Part shown: positions 8,057 to 21,806 of the stretch, piece after piece
Layout: the number at the start of each line of letters is the position of its first letter
How positions within the stretch are numbered: the first letter of the stretch is position 1
Assembly (NCBI GenBank): GCA_013822265.1
Contig: PNKD01000004.1
Location: 9,183-73,182 of the forward strand
Length of the DNA: 64,000 nt
From: Leptothrix sp. (in: b-proteobacteria)
GTDB taxonomy: Bacteria > Pseudomonadota > Gammaproteobacteria > Burkholderiales > Burkholderiaceae_C
Direction: 5' to 3'
Notes under the pieces: generated by a model
What the model was told of the DNA's origin: nothing
Seen by the model: the letters and a program-made list of their open reading frames with translations, nothing else
The model's database searches: none
Made by a program: the position numbers and the translations under genes

Positions 8057-10165
8057 TCAGAACTTGTAGCTGGCACCGACTTCGAAATTGCGTTCGGCCC
8101 CGGGGAAAATGCCGTCCGGGTTGCGGCTGGCGATGTATTTCTTATCGGCGAGATTGCGCACCGTGCCGAACACGCTGAGCTGCTTGTCGACGGCGTAGTG
8201 CGCGTTGAGGCCGAAGGTGGTGTAGGCCGGGATCACGCCGCGCCGGCCGTCCGCGTTTTCGGCGACGGTGTTTTCCGTATCGACGAACTGGCGTGAGACG
8301 CGATAGGCGCCGAGGCTGGCTTTCAGCCCGCCGACGCGGTAGTTCACGGAAAGATTCGCGGTCAGCTCCGGCGCATAGGGCAGGCGATTGCCGTTGCGGT
8401 CGATGCCGCCGACGATCTTGGTGCCGTTGAATTTGGCGGTGCGCACCCAGGTGGCGTTGGCGTCCACGCCCCAGCCTTCGCCGAGGTCGTAGCCGATCGC
8501 GCCTTCCAGCCCCTGGTTCAGGGTTGCGCCGGCGTTGGTCACTGTTGCGCCGACGCCGCCCGATTCGGATTGCGGCACGATCTGGTTGCCGAAGTCCATG
8601 CGGAAGGCGGTCGCCTCGTAGCTCAACCGTCCCGATGCCCCGCGCACGCCGATTTCGAAGTTTGTCGAGCGCTCGGCGTCCAGATTCTGATCGACGCCGG
8701 AACCGCTGATGGCGGTGGCAACCATCGCTGGCGAGAAACCCTTGAACGCGCCCGCAAACAGTTGCGCCTGCGGTGCGAGCTGCCAGGTCGCGCCGATGCC
8801 GGGCATCACCTCGGTGTTGCTCGCCTTGCCGGAGAGACCGGTCAGCACATCCTTGCGGCTCTGATCGTAGGTTTCGATGCGCAGGCCGGGCGTGATCGCG
8901 ACACGTTCGTTGAGGATGAAACGGTTCTGGCCGTAAAAGGCGATCCCTTGCGCTCGCTGGGTGTCGTCGGTGGTCAGCTCGCCGGAACGCGCGTTGGGAT
9001 TGGTCTTGGAGCGGAGCTTCGTGTTGTTCAGCTTGTCGCTGTGCAGACGGATGCCTATTTCGGCTTCGTTCTTGATGCCCAAGCCGTTGTGGTCGATTTG
9101 CAGGCGGGTGTCCAGGCCCATCATTTCGAAGGTGCGATTGTTGCCGTTCATGCAATAGGCGCTGCCGTCGCAGGGCACGAAGGTCGTGCCGTCGGCGCTG
9201 CGGGCCAGCACTTCCCTGCGCCAAAAATCGCGGGTGAACTGGCTCCAATACAGCAAGGTCTTGAGCTTCACGGAATCGTTGATTTCGAGCTCATGGTTGA
9301 TGTCGAACGAAGTGCGATCGGTCAGGAAATAGTCGTTAGGCGCCGGATTCTTGGTCGGGTTGTCGCGGAATTCGTTGGGGCGCAGGCCGACATAGGAGGT
9401 GTTGACCTTGTTGTCGTAGCGGGTGAACTTGACACCGACCCACTGCTTGTCGCCGATGGCCATGCCGCCCTTGGCCATGATGTCTGTCATCGCGAAAGCG
9501 TTGTTGCGCAAGCCGTCGCCTTCGGCCTTGACTATGCTGATGCCGCCGATGGTCTGGCCCGACGGCGCCTTGCCGCCGGCGTCGAGGCCGATCGAGCGAT
9601 AGCCGCGCGAACCGACCTTGGCGGTCACCTTCGCGCCCTGTTCGGGGTCTTTGGTCTTGTAGTTGATGACGCCGCCGATGGTGGTGGGCCCGTAGCGAAG
9701 CCCGGCTGCGCCCTTCAGCACCTCGATGCTTTGCATGCGCTCGATGCGCGGGCTGTAGTAGGACTCGTTGGCCAGGAACAGGCCGGGTGCGACGGGCACG
9801 CCGTCTTCCAGCACCAGCAGTTTCTGGCTGCGGTTGGGGTTGAGGCCGCGCATGCCGATGTTGGGGATGAAGCCGTAGCCTTCCTCCTCTCGCACCACGA
9901 TGCCCGGGACGGACTTGAGCGCATCCTGGACCGACAGCGGCTGCGTCAGTTCCAGTTTCTTCCCGGTGATGATCGCGACCGAACCGGGCAGCTTGGCGAT
10001 GGCTTCGCCGCCTTCGCCGACCACGTCGATGCGCGGCAGTTCGACCTCGGCGGCGGTACCCAGAGAAGGGAAGATCAGGGCGAGCGCCACAACCAGAGCC
10101 AGCCTTGTTTTGGGAATCTTCTTTGCCGTGCCATGGTGTTCGAAACTGCGGGGGATGCGGTTCAT
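8057..10165 (-). CDS. TonB-dependent outer-membrane receptor, FecA-like iron-uptake type
   Basis: 702 aa; signal peptide, plug region (GMRGLNPNRS, LEDGVP, IEVLKGAAGLRYGP), C-terminal 'GASYKF'. Confidence 0.88.
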   Translation of the reverse strand: MNRIPRSFEHHGTAKKIPKTRLALVVALALIFPSLGTAAEVELPRIDVVGEGGEAIAKLPGSVAIITGKKLELTQPLSVQDALKSVPGIVVREEEGYGFIPNIGMRGLNPNRSQKLLVLEDGVPVAPGLFLANESYYSPRIERMQSIEVLKGAAGLRYGPTTIGGVINYKTKDPEQGAKVTAKVGSRGYRSIGLDAGGKAPSGQTIGGISIVKAEGDGLRNNAFAMTDIMAKGGMAIGDKQWVGVKFTRYDNKVNTSYVGLRPNEFRDNPTKNPAPNDYFLTDRTSFDINHELEINDSVKLKTLLYWSQFTRDFWRREVLARSADGTTFVPCDGSAYCMNGNNRTFEMMGLDTRLQIDHNGLGIKNEAEIGIRLHSDKLNNTKLRSKTNPNARSGELTTDDTQRAQGIAFYGQNRFILNERVAITPGLRIETYDQSRKDVLTGLSGKASNTEVMPGIGATWQLAPQAQLFAGAFKGFSPAMVATAISGSGVDQNLDAERSTNFEIGVRGASGRLSYEATAFRMDFGNQIVPQSESGGVGATVTNAGATLNQGLEGAIGYDLGEGWGVDANATWVRTAKFNGTKIVGGIDRNGNRLPYAPELTANLSVNYRVGGLKASLGAYRVSRQFVDTENTVAENADGRRGVIPAYTTFGLNAHYAVDKQLSVFGTVRNLADKKYIASRNPDGIFPGAERNFEVGASYKF

Positions 10166-10268
10166 TCGATGCTCCTTGAGTCAGATGAATCTGGCTGGCT
10201 TGACGCAAGGCATGCGGCTGGCTGGCTGGTTGAAAGTGGACGGCCTGCGTCCAATGCGTAAACCTGTG

Positions 10269-10691
10269 CTATCGGGTGTGCGGATCGGTGACGAATCCCA
10301 GTTTGCCGAGACCTGCTTTCGCAGCGTCGGCCATGATCCGTGCAACGTGTCTGTAGGCCAGTTCGCCATCGGCGCGGATGTGGATTTCCGGCTGCGGAAT
10401 CTGCTGCGCTGCGGCGTCCATGCGCGACTGCCAGGCGGCGGCATCGACCGCTTGGGCATTCCAGTACACCGAGCCGTCGGCCTGGATCGAAAGACTGATG
10501 GTCTCCGGTTTCACCTCGTTCGGTCGGCTCGAGGCCTGCGGCAGCTCGACCTTGACCGCGTGCGTCATCATGGGCGCGGTGATGATGAAGATGACCAGCA
10601 GCACCAGCATGACGTCGATCAGCGGGATCATGTTGATCTCCGCGTTGTCGCCGTCGCCGCTGTCGTTCGTGAGTCCGCCGAAGGCCATCAT
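10269..10691 (-). CDS. exbD: Biopolymer transport protein ExbD
   Basis: EINMIPLIDVMLVLLVIFII and IRAD motifs; overlaps the exbB stop. Confidence 0.93.
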   Translation of the reverse strand: MMAFGGLTNDSGDGDNAEINMIPLIDVMLVLLVIFIITAPMMTHAVKVELPQASSRPNEVKPETISLSIQADGSVYWNAQAVDAAAWQSRMDAAAQQIPQPEIHIRADGELAYRHVARIMADAAKAGLGKLGFVTDPHTR

Positions 10692-11443
10692 GCGCTCCTG
10701 GCCGCGGGCGCACTGTAGACATGCGCCTCGTCGCTGCGGATGCGGGTGTTGTTGCGCACGCCCGTGGACATGAAGGCGAACAGGTCATGCGCGAAGCCGT
10801 CGGCCTCGGTGAGCATCCGGCGCTTGGCGCGGTTGAAGAAGTTGTAGGCGAGTACCGCGGGGATCGCGACCGCGAGGCCCAGCGCGGTCATGATCAGCGC
10901 CTCGCCGACGGGACCGGCGACCTGGTCGAGGCTGCCGGAGCCCGACATGCCGATGTTGACCAGCGCGTGGTAGATGCCCCACACGGTGCCGAACAGGCCG
11001 ACGAAGGGCGCGGACGACGCGATCGACGCCAGCATGGTGTGGCCGTATTCGAGGCGCGCCGTGTCCTGGCCGATCGCGCGGCGCAGCGCGCGGGTGAGGA
11101 ATTCGTCTTCCGACCCCGACTCGATCAGGCGCTGCCCGGTCTTGTTGCGATACTGCTCGGCCGCCTTGAGCCCGTGGTGGGTGAGGTGCGAGAACGGGTC
11201 GTTGACCCCGTTACGCTGCAGGTAGTCGGCCACCGCCGCAAGACCGGGCGCGTCCCAGAAGCGCGCCAGGAATGCCTGGGCATGTTTTTTCATGCGCCAG
11301 TTGCCAAGGCTCTTGACGACGATGAGCGTCCAGGTGACGACCGACATCGCCAGCAGCACGACGAGCAGGAAGTGCGCGAGGCCGTCGGCCTGCGCGATGA
11401 AGTGGGCCAAGCCCAATTGGGTATGGGTTGCGGTGGTTTCCAT
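10688..11443 (-). CDS. exbB: MotA/TolQ/ExbB proton channel protein
   Basis: LASIASSAPFVGLFGTVWGI and GEALIMTALGLAVAIPA motifs. Confidence 0.93.
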   Translation of the reverse strand: METTATHTQLGLAHFIAQADGLAHFLLVVLLAMSVVTWTLIVVKSLGNWRMKKHAQAFLARFWDAPGLAAVADYLQRNGVNDPFSHLTHHGLKAAEQYRNKTGQRLIESGSEDEFLTRALRRAIGQDTARLEYGHTMLASIASSAPFVGLFGTVWGIYHALVNIGMSGSGSLDQVAGPVGEALIMTALGLAVAIPAVLAYNFFNRAKRRMLTEADGFAHDLFAFMSTGVRNNTRIRSDEAHVYSAPAARSA

Positions 11444-11464
11444 ATCAGCCTATGTCAGTGGATT

Positions 11465-11707
11465 TCAGGCCTCGCGTTGAGCCCGCAAAGCGATGGTTGC
11501 TGGAAGCGGGGCGTGACCAGTACTCAGTCCATTGGCAAACCTCGCGACACCGCAGACGTGCCTTCTGGCCTCAACCCGGAGGGCCAGTGCCATTTGGGGC
11601 GCATTGCGTTGTTGCTCGCGGCCTGTTCGGAATGACCCAACCGCGTCCCTCGCGCCTGGCGCTGCACCCCAAACGGCGCTGGCGCGAGGTATGGAAACTG
11701 CCGACAT
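11465..11707 (-). CDS. Small hypothetical protein between tonB and exbB
   Basis: GGAG RBS immediately after the tonB stop; ORF fills the 270-bp gap almost exactly. Confidence 0.45.
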   Translation of the reverse strand: MSAVSIPRASAVWGAAPGARDAVGSFRTGREQQRNAPQMALALRVEARRHVCGVARFANGLSTGHAPLPATIALRAQREA

Positions 11708-11713
11708 GGGCTC

Positions 11714-12382
11714 CTAACTCCTGAGGGTGAACTGAATCGGCACGATGACCCACGCGGCCACCGGATTGCCACCCTGGCGGGCCGGCTCGAACTTCCAACT
11801 GGATTGCACGGTTTCGATCGCCGATTGGTCGAGGCGTGGATGACCGCTGCTCTTCAGCAGTTCGAGCCGTGCGACGCTGCCGTCCGGATTGACCAGAATG
11901 CTGAGGCGAACCGTGCCCTGCTCGGCCAGGCGGCGCGATAGCGGCGGATACGGCGGCCTGGGGTTGTTCAGGTAATCCGCCGGACGCGGAGCGGTGGGCG
12001 GCGGCGCGGCGGGCCTGGGCATCACCGCCACCGGTGCAGTTGCGGGCAGCTTCTCCGGCACGGGTTCATGCGCCGGCTCGGGGGCCTCGATCACCGTCTG
12101 CGGCGTGGGCAGCGGACGCTCGGCCGCCAGCACGGCCGCGGGCGGCAGCGGCTTGGCCACCGGTCGGGACGGCTGAGGCACGGGTTCCGGCCGGGGCGCT
12201 TCGATCGCGGGTTCGATCAGGCTCACCATCAGGGGGCGCGGCAGCGAAATCAGCCCGGCGGCTCGGGGCATCTGGAGCAGCGCGGCCAACAGGGCGGCAT
12301 GCGCGAGCGCCACCCCCGCCAGCACGCCGGCGGGCAGGCGCTGCGTGTCGGGCTGTGTTCCGGCGCGCGACGGCGACATCAA
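11714..12382 (-). CDS. tonB: Energy transducer TonB
   Basis: N-terminal TM, Pro-rich linker, C-terminal PPYPPLSRRLAEQGTVRL...SSGHPRLDQSA...FTL domain. Confidence 0.92.
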   Translation of the reverse strand: MMSPSRAGTQPDTQRLPAGVLAGVALAHAALLAALLQMPRAAGLISLPRPLMVSLIEPAIEAPRPEPVPQPSRPVAKPLPPAAVLAAERPLPTPQTVIEAPEPAHEPVPEKLPATAPVAVMPRPAAPPPTAPRPADYLNNPRPPYPPLSRRLAEQGTVRLSILVNPDGSVARLELLKSSGHPRLDQSAIETVQSSWKFEPARQGGNPVAAWVIVPIQFTLRS

Positions 12383-12597
12383 AAGGCTGCCGCTTTGTTG
12401 AAGGCGTTCGCGAACGACGCTTCGTCATTGCGCAGTTCCAGTTCGTCGACCAGGCTCAGGCAGGCCTCCCGCTCGGCAGGGCTCAACTCGGAGCTCTGGG
12501 CTGCGCGGGCGAGCAGCATCGCGGCGGTGATCCGGTTGCGGGTGAAGGGCCGGCCCAGCATGACCAAGGCGGCAACGAGAAGCGAGGCGGGATGCAT
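12379..12597 (-). CDS. Small hypothetical protein (72 aa)
   Basis: AAGGAAG RBS; stop overlaps the tonB start. Confidence 0.55.
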   Translation of the reverse strand: MHPASLLVAALVMLGRPFTRNRITAAMLLARAAQSSELSPAEREACLSLVDELELRNDEASFANAFNKAAAF

Positions 12598-12636
12598 GGT
12601 CTTCCTTTCGGTGGCTGCGGAAACTGGGCCGGGTGA

Positions 12637-12828
12637 CTACTTGGTCAGGATCAGCTTGCCGCTCTTGGTGATGCGCAGCCGGTAGGTTTCGCCTTGGTGG
12701 TCGATCAGGATCTCCTGGCGGCCCTGGAACAAACGGTCTGTCCGGATGCTCCCCGGCGCGCAGGTGCGCGATTCGTGTTCGACCGGAAGCGATGGCCAGG
12801 CTGTGGAGGCAGGTATATCGGCGCGCAT
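12637..12828 (-). CDS. hemP: Hemin uptake protein HemP/HmuP
   Basis: LFQGRQEILIDHQGETYRLRITKSGKLILTK is the HemP signature. Confidence 0.92.
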   Translation of the reverse strand: MRADIPASTAWPSLPVEHESRTCAPGSIRTDRLFQGRQEILIDHQGETYRLRITKSGKLILTK

Positions 12829-12881
12829 GAAGTGGCGTGATCGGCGCGGGTTGCGGCGGTTGTTATGCGTAAGATGATGCA

Positions 12882-12900
12882 AACGATAACCATTCGCATT
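12882..12900. promoter_or_regulatory. Fur box
   Basis: Minus strand AATGCGAATGGTTATCGTT matches the AATGAGAATGATTATCATT-type Fur consensus, ~55 bp upstream of hemP. Confidence 0.8.
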
Positions 12901-12941
12901 CAAAAATGCAAGCGGTGCGCGTGAATATGGGAGAACGCGGG

Positions 12942-13466
12942 TCAGGACTGCCGGGGGTGGCGCCCGCGCAGCCGCGGCTGGGCCGTCAGCGCTTTGGGCC
13001 GCCGGGTGATGTGCCGGATGGCGTGGTGCGCGTCCACGATCCGGCGCGCGGGGGGCGAGAAATTCCGGCCAGCCGGCCGATCGCGCCATTCGAAGTGCCC
13101 CGACAGCGCGACGCTGCCGGGTGACAGCGTCCACACGTGCAGGTCGTGCGTCCGCAGCACGCCGGGCAGGGCGACCAGGTTGCGGCCGACGGCATCGAAC
13201 CGGACATTGAGCGGGACGCCCTCCATCGGCACATGCAGCACTTCGCGCAGCCACCGCAGCGCCGATGCGGGTATCAGCGTCGCCGCCAGAAGCGAAAGCA
13301 GCGGATCGATCGGCGCCCAGTCGGTGGTGGCGAAGACGATGCCGGCGATGATCGCCGCGACCGATCCGAACACGTCGCCCAGCACGCGAAGAAGCGCGGC
13401 GCGACTGTTGAGGGTCAGCTCGCCGCGATGCAGGATCCAGGCGACGAATCAGGTTCACGATGAGGC
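12942..13466 (-). pseudogene. C-terminal fragment of a CzcD/ZitB cation diffusion facilitator
   Basis: GLIVNL/(+1 shift)FVAWILH...RAALLRVLGDVFGSVAAII...IDPLLS...MEGVP...HDLHVWTLS; N-terminal half absent. Confidence 0.8.
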
Positions 13467-13495
13467 CGTGAAAACTTTCGCCCGCCGGGTGCTTG
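13462..13495 (-). other. Candidate attI remnant / junction
   Basis: Expected attI position just upstream of intI; minus strand GGCGGGCGAAA-GTT-TTCAC, then czcD-like sequence; no canonical GTTRRRY. Confidence 0.35.
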
Positions 13496-13517
13496 CTCAG
13501 GCGGGGACATGCTGATA

Positions 13518-13533
13518 CTGTATAAACATACAG
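13518..13533. promoter_or_regulatory. LexA (SOS) box in the intI promoter
   Basis: CTGT-ATAAACAT-ACAG, exact CTGT-N8-ACAG, 22 bp before the intI ATG. Confidence 0.92.
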
Positions 13534-14745
13534 TTTTCCGTGTCCAGGGGGTTCCATGCACCATGCAGCCGAAGCGCCACCGTCGTCCTTGGCCGCGCCT
13601 GCCGCCAGCCCCCGCCTGCTCGATGCCCTGCGCCAGCAGATCCGCTACCTGCACTACAGCCTGCGTACCGAAGACGCCTACGTGCACTGGGTGCGTGCCT
13701 TCGTGCGCTTTCATCGCCTGCGTCATCCTGCCGATCTCGGGCATGCCGAGGTCGAGGCCTTTCTCTCCTGGCTGGCCGAAGACCGCCAAGTCGCCCCGGC
13801 CACGCACCAGCAGGCGCTGTCGGCGCTGCTCTTTCTCTACCAGAAGGTGCTGCGGCAGGACCTGCCGTGGATGGGCGAGATCGGCCGCCCGAAGGGCGAG
13901 AGGCGCCTGCCCGTGGTGCTGTCGGTGGCCGAGGTGACTGCCGTGCTGGCCCATCTCGATGCGCACGCGCTGCATTCGGGCATGCCGCATGGTGTCGTCG
14001 GGCGGCTGCTCTACGGCACCGGCATGCGCCTGCTCGAAGGTCTGCGGCTGCGTGTGAAGGACATCGACTTCGATCGCCGCGCCATCGTCGTGCGCGAAGG
14101 CAAGGGCACCAAAGACCGCGTCGTGATGCTGCCGGCCGCGCTCGAGGCGCCCTTGCGCGCCCAACTGGCGCAGGCGCACGAGGTCTGGGCGGCCGACCGC
14201 GCTGCGGATGTGCAGGGCGTGCACGTGCCGCACGCGCTGGCGCGCAAGTACCCGCGGGCGGCCTTGTCCTGGGCCTGGCACTGGGTCTTCCCGCAGGGCA
14301 AGTTGTCGATGGACCCGCGTGGCCCCGGCGAGCGCCGCCACCACTTCCTGGAAGGCAACTTCCAGCGTGCCTTCAAGCGCTCGCTCGACGCGGCGCACAT
14401 CCACAAGCCGGCGTCGCCGCACACCTTGCGCCATTCCTTCGCCACCCACCTGCTGCAGGCCGGCTACGACATCCGCACCGTGCAGGAACTGCTGGGCCAC
14501 GCCGACGTCAGCACGACCATGATCTACACGCACGTGCTGCGGCTGGGCGGCGGGGCCGTGCGCAGCCCGCTCGACAGCATGACGCCCGGCGCCGGCCCGG
14601 CCCCCGGTGCCTTCGCCGGGCCCCACGGCGCGGCTGCTGCGGCGGCCGACGCTGCCCCCATCGCCCCGCGGCGTTTCGACCTGCCCGACATGCCGGCCAG
14701 CCGCCCGCCGCGCGCGCGTGAACCCGAACCCTGCTACGCCCTGCC

Positions 14746-18225
<3,480 letters not shown>

Positions 18226-18276
18226 GCGGCGCTGGCGCTGGCCGGCCGCATCGCGGCCCGTGTCGCCGGCGTGCGG

Positions 18277-21200
18277 TCAGTGCGGCTGCAGCGCCTCGGC
18301 CACAGCCCCCACCGACGTGCTGCTGCTCACGCGCAACTCGCCGCGCGCCACCGCCTGGCGGGGCGTGCGGCGGGCCAGCGACGCCAGCTCGGCCGGCGGC
18401 GTGCGGTCGGTGCCGTGCAGGCCGACCCAGATGTTGCGGCCCAGGCGCTTGGCGGCCATCAGGCCGATGTCGGCCAGGTCCACCACTCCCAGCCAGTCCA
18501 GCGCCTGCGGGTGCTTGGGCAGCACGGGCCAGCAGGCATGGCCCACCGAGCAGGTCATGGACAGCCTGCGCCCGTCGGCCAGCCTGAACGGGTGGTCGGC
18601 CACGCTGGCACGGATGCGTTCGGCCAGTTCGTCGGCGCGCGCGCGGTCGGTGTCGTGCGCCACCGCGAGGAACTCCTCGCCGCCCCAGCGCACCAGGTTG
18701 TCGGACTCGCGCATCGCCACCCGCAGCCGCTGCGCCAGCTGCACCAGCACGGCGTCGCCCGCGGCATGGCCGAGCTCGTCGTTGACACGCTTGAAGTGGT
18801 CGACGTCGATCATGAAGAACAGCGTGTCGGTGTCGACCGGCTCGCCCGGGCGCTGCGGGCGGTCGACGGCGCGGCGCTGGCTGGCGGCGAGCAGGCCCTC
18901 GATGTGTTCGGTGAGGAAGCGGCGGTTGTGCAGCCCGGTCAGCGGGTCGCTGATGCTGGCGCGCTCGAGCACGCGCGACTTCTCCTCGAGCGCACGCGAC
19001 TTCTCGGTCAGCGCCAGCGACACCGCCTGCAGCGAGGTCGTGCGCTCGTCCACCAGCCGCTGCAGCTCGCGCCGGCGCTTCTGCAGCGTGCGTGTGCGCA
19101 GGTGGACCACCGCGTACAGCAGCGCCAGTGCCGCCAGCACCGCGGCCACGCGGAACAGCGCCGTCTGGTGCCACGCCGCCTGCACCTGCACCGGCAGCGC
19201 CAGCATGCCGTCGCCGAAAACGCCCTCGCGGTTGGAGCCCAGCACCTGCAGCACGTAGTCGCCGGGCGGCAGGTTGCTGTAGCTGGCCTGGCGGTGTCGG
19301 GCATCGCCGGGCACCCAGTCGGCATCGAAGCCCAGCAGGCGGTGGGCATAGCGGTTGCGCTCGGGGGCCGAATAGTCCAGCGCCGCGAACTCCACCGTCA
19401 GGCTGTTGGCGTCGGCCGGCACCTGCACCTGCGTCGTTTCACCCGGCCGCAGCCGGCGGCCGCCGACGAGGATGTCCGTCACTACCACGCGGGGCAGGTG
19501 GCTCCAGCGCTGCATCAGCCCAGGCCGCAGCACGGTGAGGCCGCCCGAGGCGCCGAAGACCAGTTCACCGGCGGCCGTGCGCGCCGCCGCGCCGGCCCAG
19601 TAGGACTGGAACACCAGGCCGTCGGCGCGACGCAGCGCGTGCGCGCGCATCGACGCGGGGTCGATGCGGGCCAGGCCCTCGTCGGTGCTGGCCCAGAGCT
19701 GCCCGTCCTCGCCCTCGACCAGGGCGTTGACGTTGTCGTCGGGCAGGCCTTGGGCGACCGCCAGTTGGCGGAAGCGCGGCGCGCCGTCACGGCCGGCCTC
19801 CATCAGGTGCACGCCGCCGCCGTAGGTGCCCACCCACAGGCGGCCACCGGCATCGAAGCGCAGCGCGGTGACGAAACCGGCCGCGAGCCGGCCTTCGGCC
19901 ACCGGCCCGGCGGGCAGCCGCAGCACCTCGCCGCTGGCCGGCTGCAGCCGGTTCAGGCCGTTGCGCGTGCCTATCCAGACGGCACCGTCGGGCCCGCGGG
20001 CCAGCGCCGTGATGCGCCGGTCGGTGAGCTGGCGCACCGGGTCGGCGAGCACGGCGCGGGCGCGACCGCTGTCCAGTTCGACCAGCCACAGGCCGTCGAG
20101 CATCCCGCCCAGCCAGAGGCGCCGGCCATCGCGCACCATCGGGCCGACGCCGGCGTCGGCGGCGCGGCCCGGCAGGTGCACCCGCTTGACGCTGCGGCCG
20201 CTGGGCGCGGCACGGTAAAGGCCGCGATAACCGGCGATCAGCACGCTGCCGTCTTCGTCCTCGGCCATGCTGATGATGACGTTGGGCGGCAGCGCCGTGT
20301 CGGGCCGCGTGCCGTCGGGGCGGATCAGTTGAACCTGGCTGCGCTGCGGATCGACGATCTCGACGCCGTCGACGTGCGTGCCCATCCAGAGGCGCCCGTC
20401 GCTGTGCGGCAGCAGCGCGCTGTAGTCGGCGCGCGTGCCGTCGATGGCCAGGTCGGGGCGCGTGCCGCTCACCGTCAGCACGGCTGCGGTGCGCGGGTCG
20501 ATGCGGCTCAGCCCACCATGGGTGGCCGCCCACACCAGGCCGCGGCTGTCGCGCAGCAGGCCGCGCACGGCGTTGTCGGGCAGGCTCGCCGGGGCGAGCG
20601 GGCGGTGCGCGAGCCGCCGCGTGCGCAGCGTGGCCGCGTCGACCGCCACGATGCCCTGACCCAGCGTGCCTATCCACACCTCGCCGGGCCGCGCCTCGAC
20701 CACGGTCATCGCGCGCCGTGTCGTCAGCGTCTGGGCGCCGGGTGCGACGCGGCCTGTTTCCACCACCGCGCGCGCGCCGCCGCCACTGGCATCGAGCACG
20801 AAGGCACCCGAGTCGCTGGTGCCGACCCAGATGCGGTCTTCGCTGTCCTGCAGCAGGCTCTCGGGCTGCGGCACGCGGTTGTGGGCGCCCGCCGCGCGCA
20901 GCGGCACTGCAGTGAACCGCGTGCTGCCGGGCGCCCGCACGAACAGGCCCTTGATCGTGCCTGCCCACAGCCGGCCCTGGCGGTCGAGCAGCAGCGCCAT
21001 CACATGCTCGTCGGCCCGCAGCGCGCTGGCGCCGTCACCGGCCGGCAGCCCGCTGACGCGGCCGCTGGCGCCGTCGACATGGTTGAGGCCCGCATCGGTG
21101 CCCACCCACAGCCCGCCGGCGCCGTCGTCGGCCAGCGCGCGCACGCTGACGTGGTGCAGCCCGCCGGGCCCGACGCCGAGCGTGACGAAGCTTTCGCTGG

Positions 21201-21720
21201 CGGCGTCGTAACGCGCCAGCCCGCCGCCGCTGGTGCCCACCCACAGCCGGCCGCCGGCATCACGGTGCATCACCTGCACCACGTTGTCGGGCAGGCTGCC
21301 GGGGCGGCCGGGCTGGAAGCGGTGCACGCGCAGCCGGTAGCCGTCCCAGCGCGCGACGCCGCCCACGGTGCCGGCCCAGATGAAGCCCTGGCCGTCCTCG
21401 GCCACCGCGGTGGCCGCCTCGTTGGGCAGGCCATCGGCACTGGTGATGTGCTGGAAGCCGTCGGCCGACCAGGCCTGCCAGCGTTCGGTGAGCGGCGCCG
21501 CTGCCGCTGCCTTTGCCGCGGCGGCGCCGCTGCCGGCGGCCGCCGCCAGCAACAACGCCGCCGTGGCGGCACGGCGCCACAGCCGGGCCAGGCCCGGCCC
21601 GCTCGCCGAACCCGGCGCCGCGGCCGACGCCACGGCCGAAGAATCGGATGCGGCGGGAGCCGTGACGGCCTGGCGGCCAAGGTATGTGGAGCGGGTCACG
21701 GCCGGCATTGTGAGCGACAT
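18277..21720 (-). CDS. Diguanylate cyclase with periplasmic beta-propeller (Reg_prop) and Y_Y_Y sensor
   Basis: Repeated LWxGT propeller blades, [28 protein letters not shown]-site, GGEEF; start uncertain. Confidence 0.9.
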   Translation of the reverse strand: MSLTMPAVTRSTYLGRQAVTAPAASDSSAVASAAAPGSASGPGLARLWRRAATAALLLAAAAGSGAAAAKAAAAAPLTERWQAWSADGFQHITSADGLPNEAATAVAEDGQGFIWAGTVGGVARWDGYRLRVHRFQPGRPGSLPDNVVQVMHRDAGGRLWVGTSGGGLARYDAASESFVTLGVGPGGLHHVSVRALADDGAGGLWVGTDAGLNHVDGASGRVSGLPAGDGASALRADEHVMALLLDRQGRLWAGTIKGLFVRAPGSTRFTAVPLRAAGAHNRVPQPESLLQDSEDRIWVGTSDSGAFVLDASGGGARAVVETGRVAPGAQTLTTRRAMTVVEARPGEVWIGTLGQGIVAVDAATLRTRRLAHRPLAPASLPDNAVRGLLRDSRGLVWAATHGGLSRIDPRTAAVLTVSGTRPDLAIDGTRADYSALLPHSDGRLWMGTHVDGVEIVDPQRSQVQLIRPDGTRPDTALPPNVIISMAEDEDGSVLIAGYRGLYRAAPSGRSVKRVHLPGRAADAGVGPMVRDGRRLWLGGMLDGLWLVELDSGRARAVLADPVRQLTDRRITALARGPDGAVWIGTRNGLNRLQPASGEVLRLPAGPVAEGRLAAGFVTALRFDAGGRLWVGTYGGGVHLMEAGRDGAPRFRQLAVAQGLPDDNVNALVEGEDGQLWASTDEGLARIDPASMRAHALRRADGLVFQSYWAGAAARTAAGELVFGASGGLTVLRPGLMQRWSHLPRVVVTDILVGGRRLRPGETTQVQVPADANSLTVEFAALDYSAPERNRYAHRLLGFDADWVPGDARHRQASYSNLPPGDYVLQVLGSNREGVFGDGMLALPVQVQAAWHQTALFRVAAVLAALALLYAVVHLRTRTLQKRRRELQRLVDERTTSLQAVSLALTEKSRALEEKSRVLERASISDPLTGLHNRRFLTEHIEGLLAASQRRAVDRPQRPGEPVDTDTLFFMIDVDHFKRVNDELGHAAGDAVLVQLAQRLRVAMRESDNLVRWGGEEFLAVAHDTDRARADELAERIRASVADHPFRLADGRRLSMTCSVGHACWPVLPKHPQALDWLGVVDLADIGLMAAKRLGRNIWVGLHGTDRTPPAELASLARRTPRQAVARGELRVSSSTSVGAVAEALQPH

Positions 21721-21806
21721 CGCCCCGCCGGCGCGATGTCTTGACGGCTTGGCGGGGCCGGGCCCCCCGGCGCCGCCGCCGCACCCGCGCGGCGACAATG
21801 CCGGGC

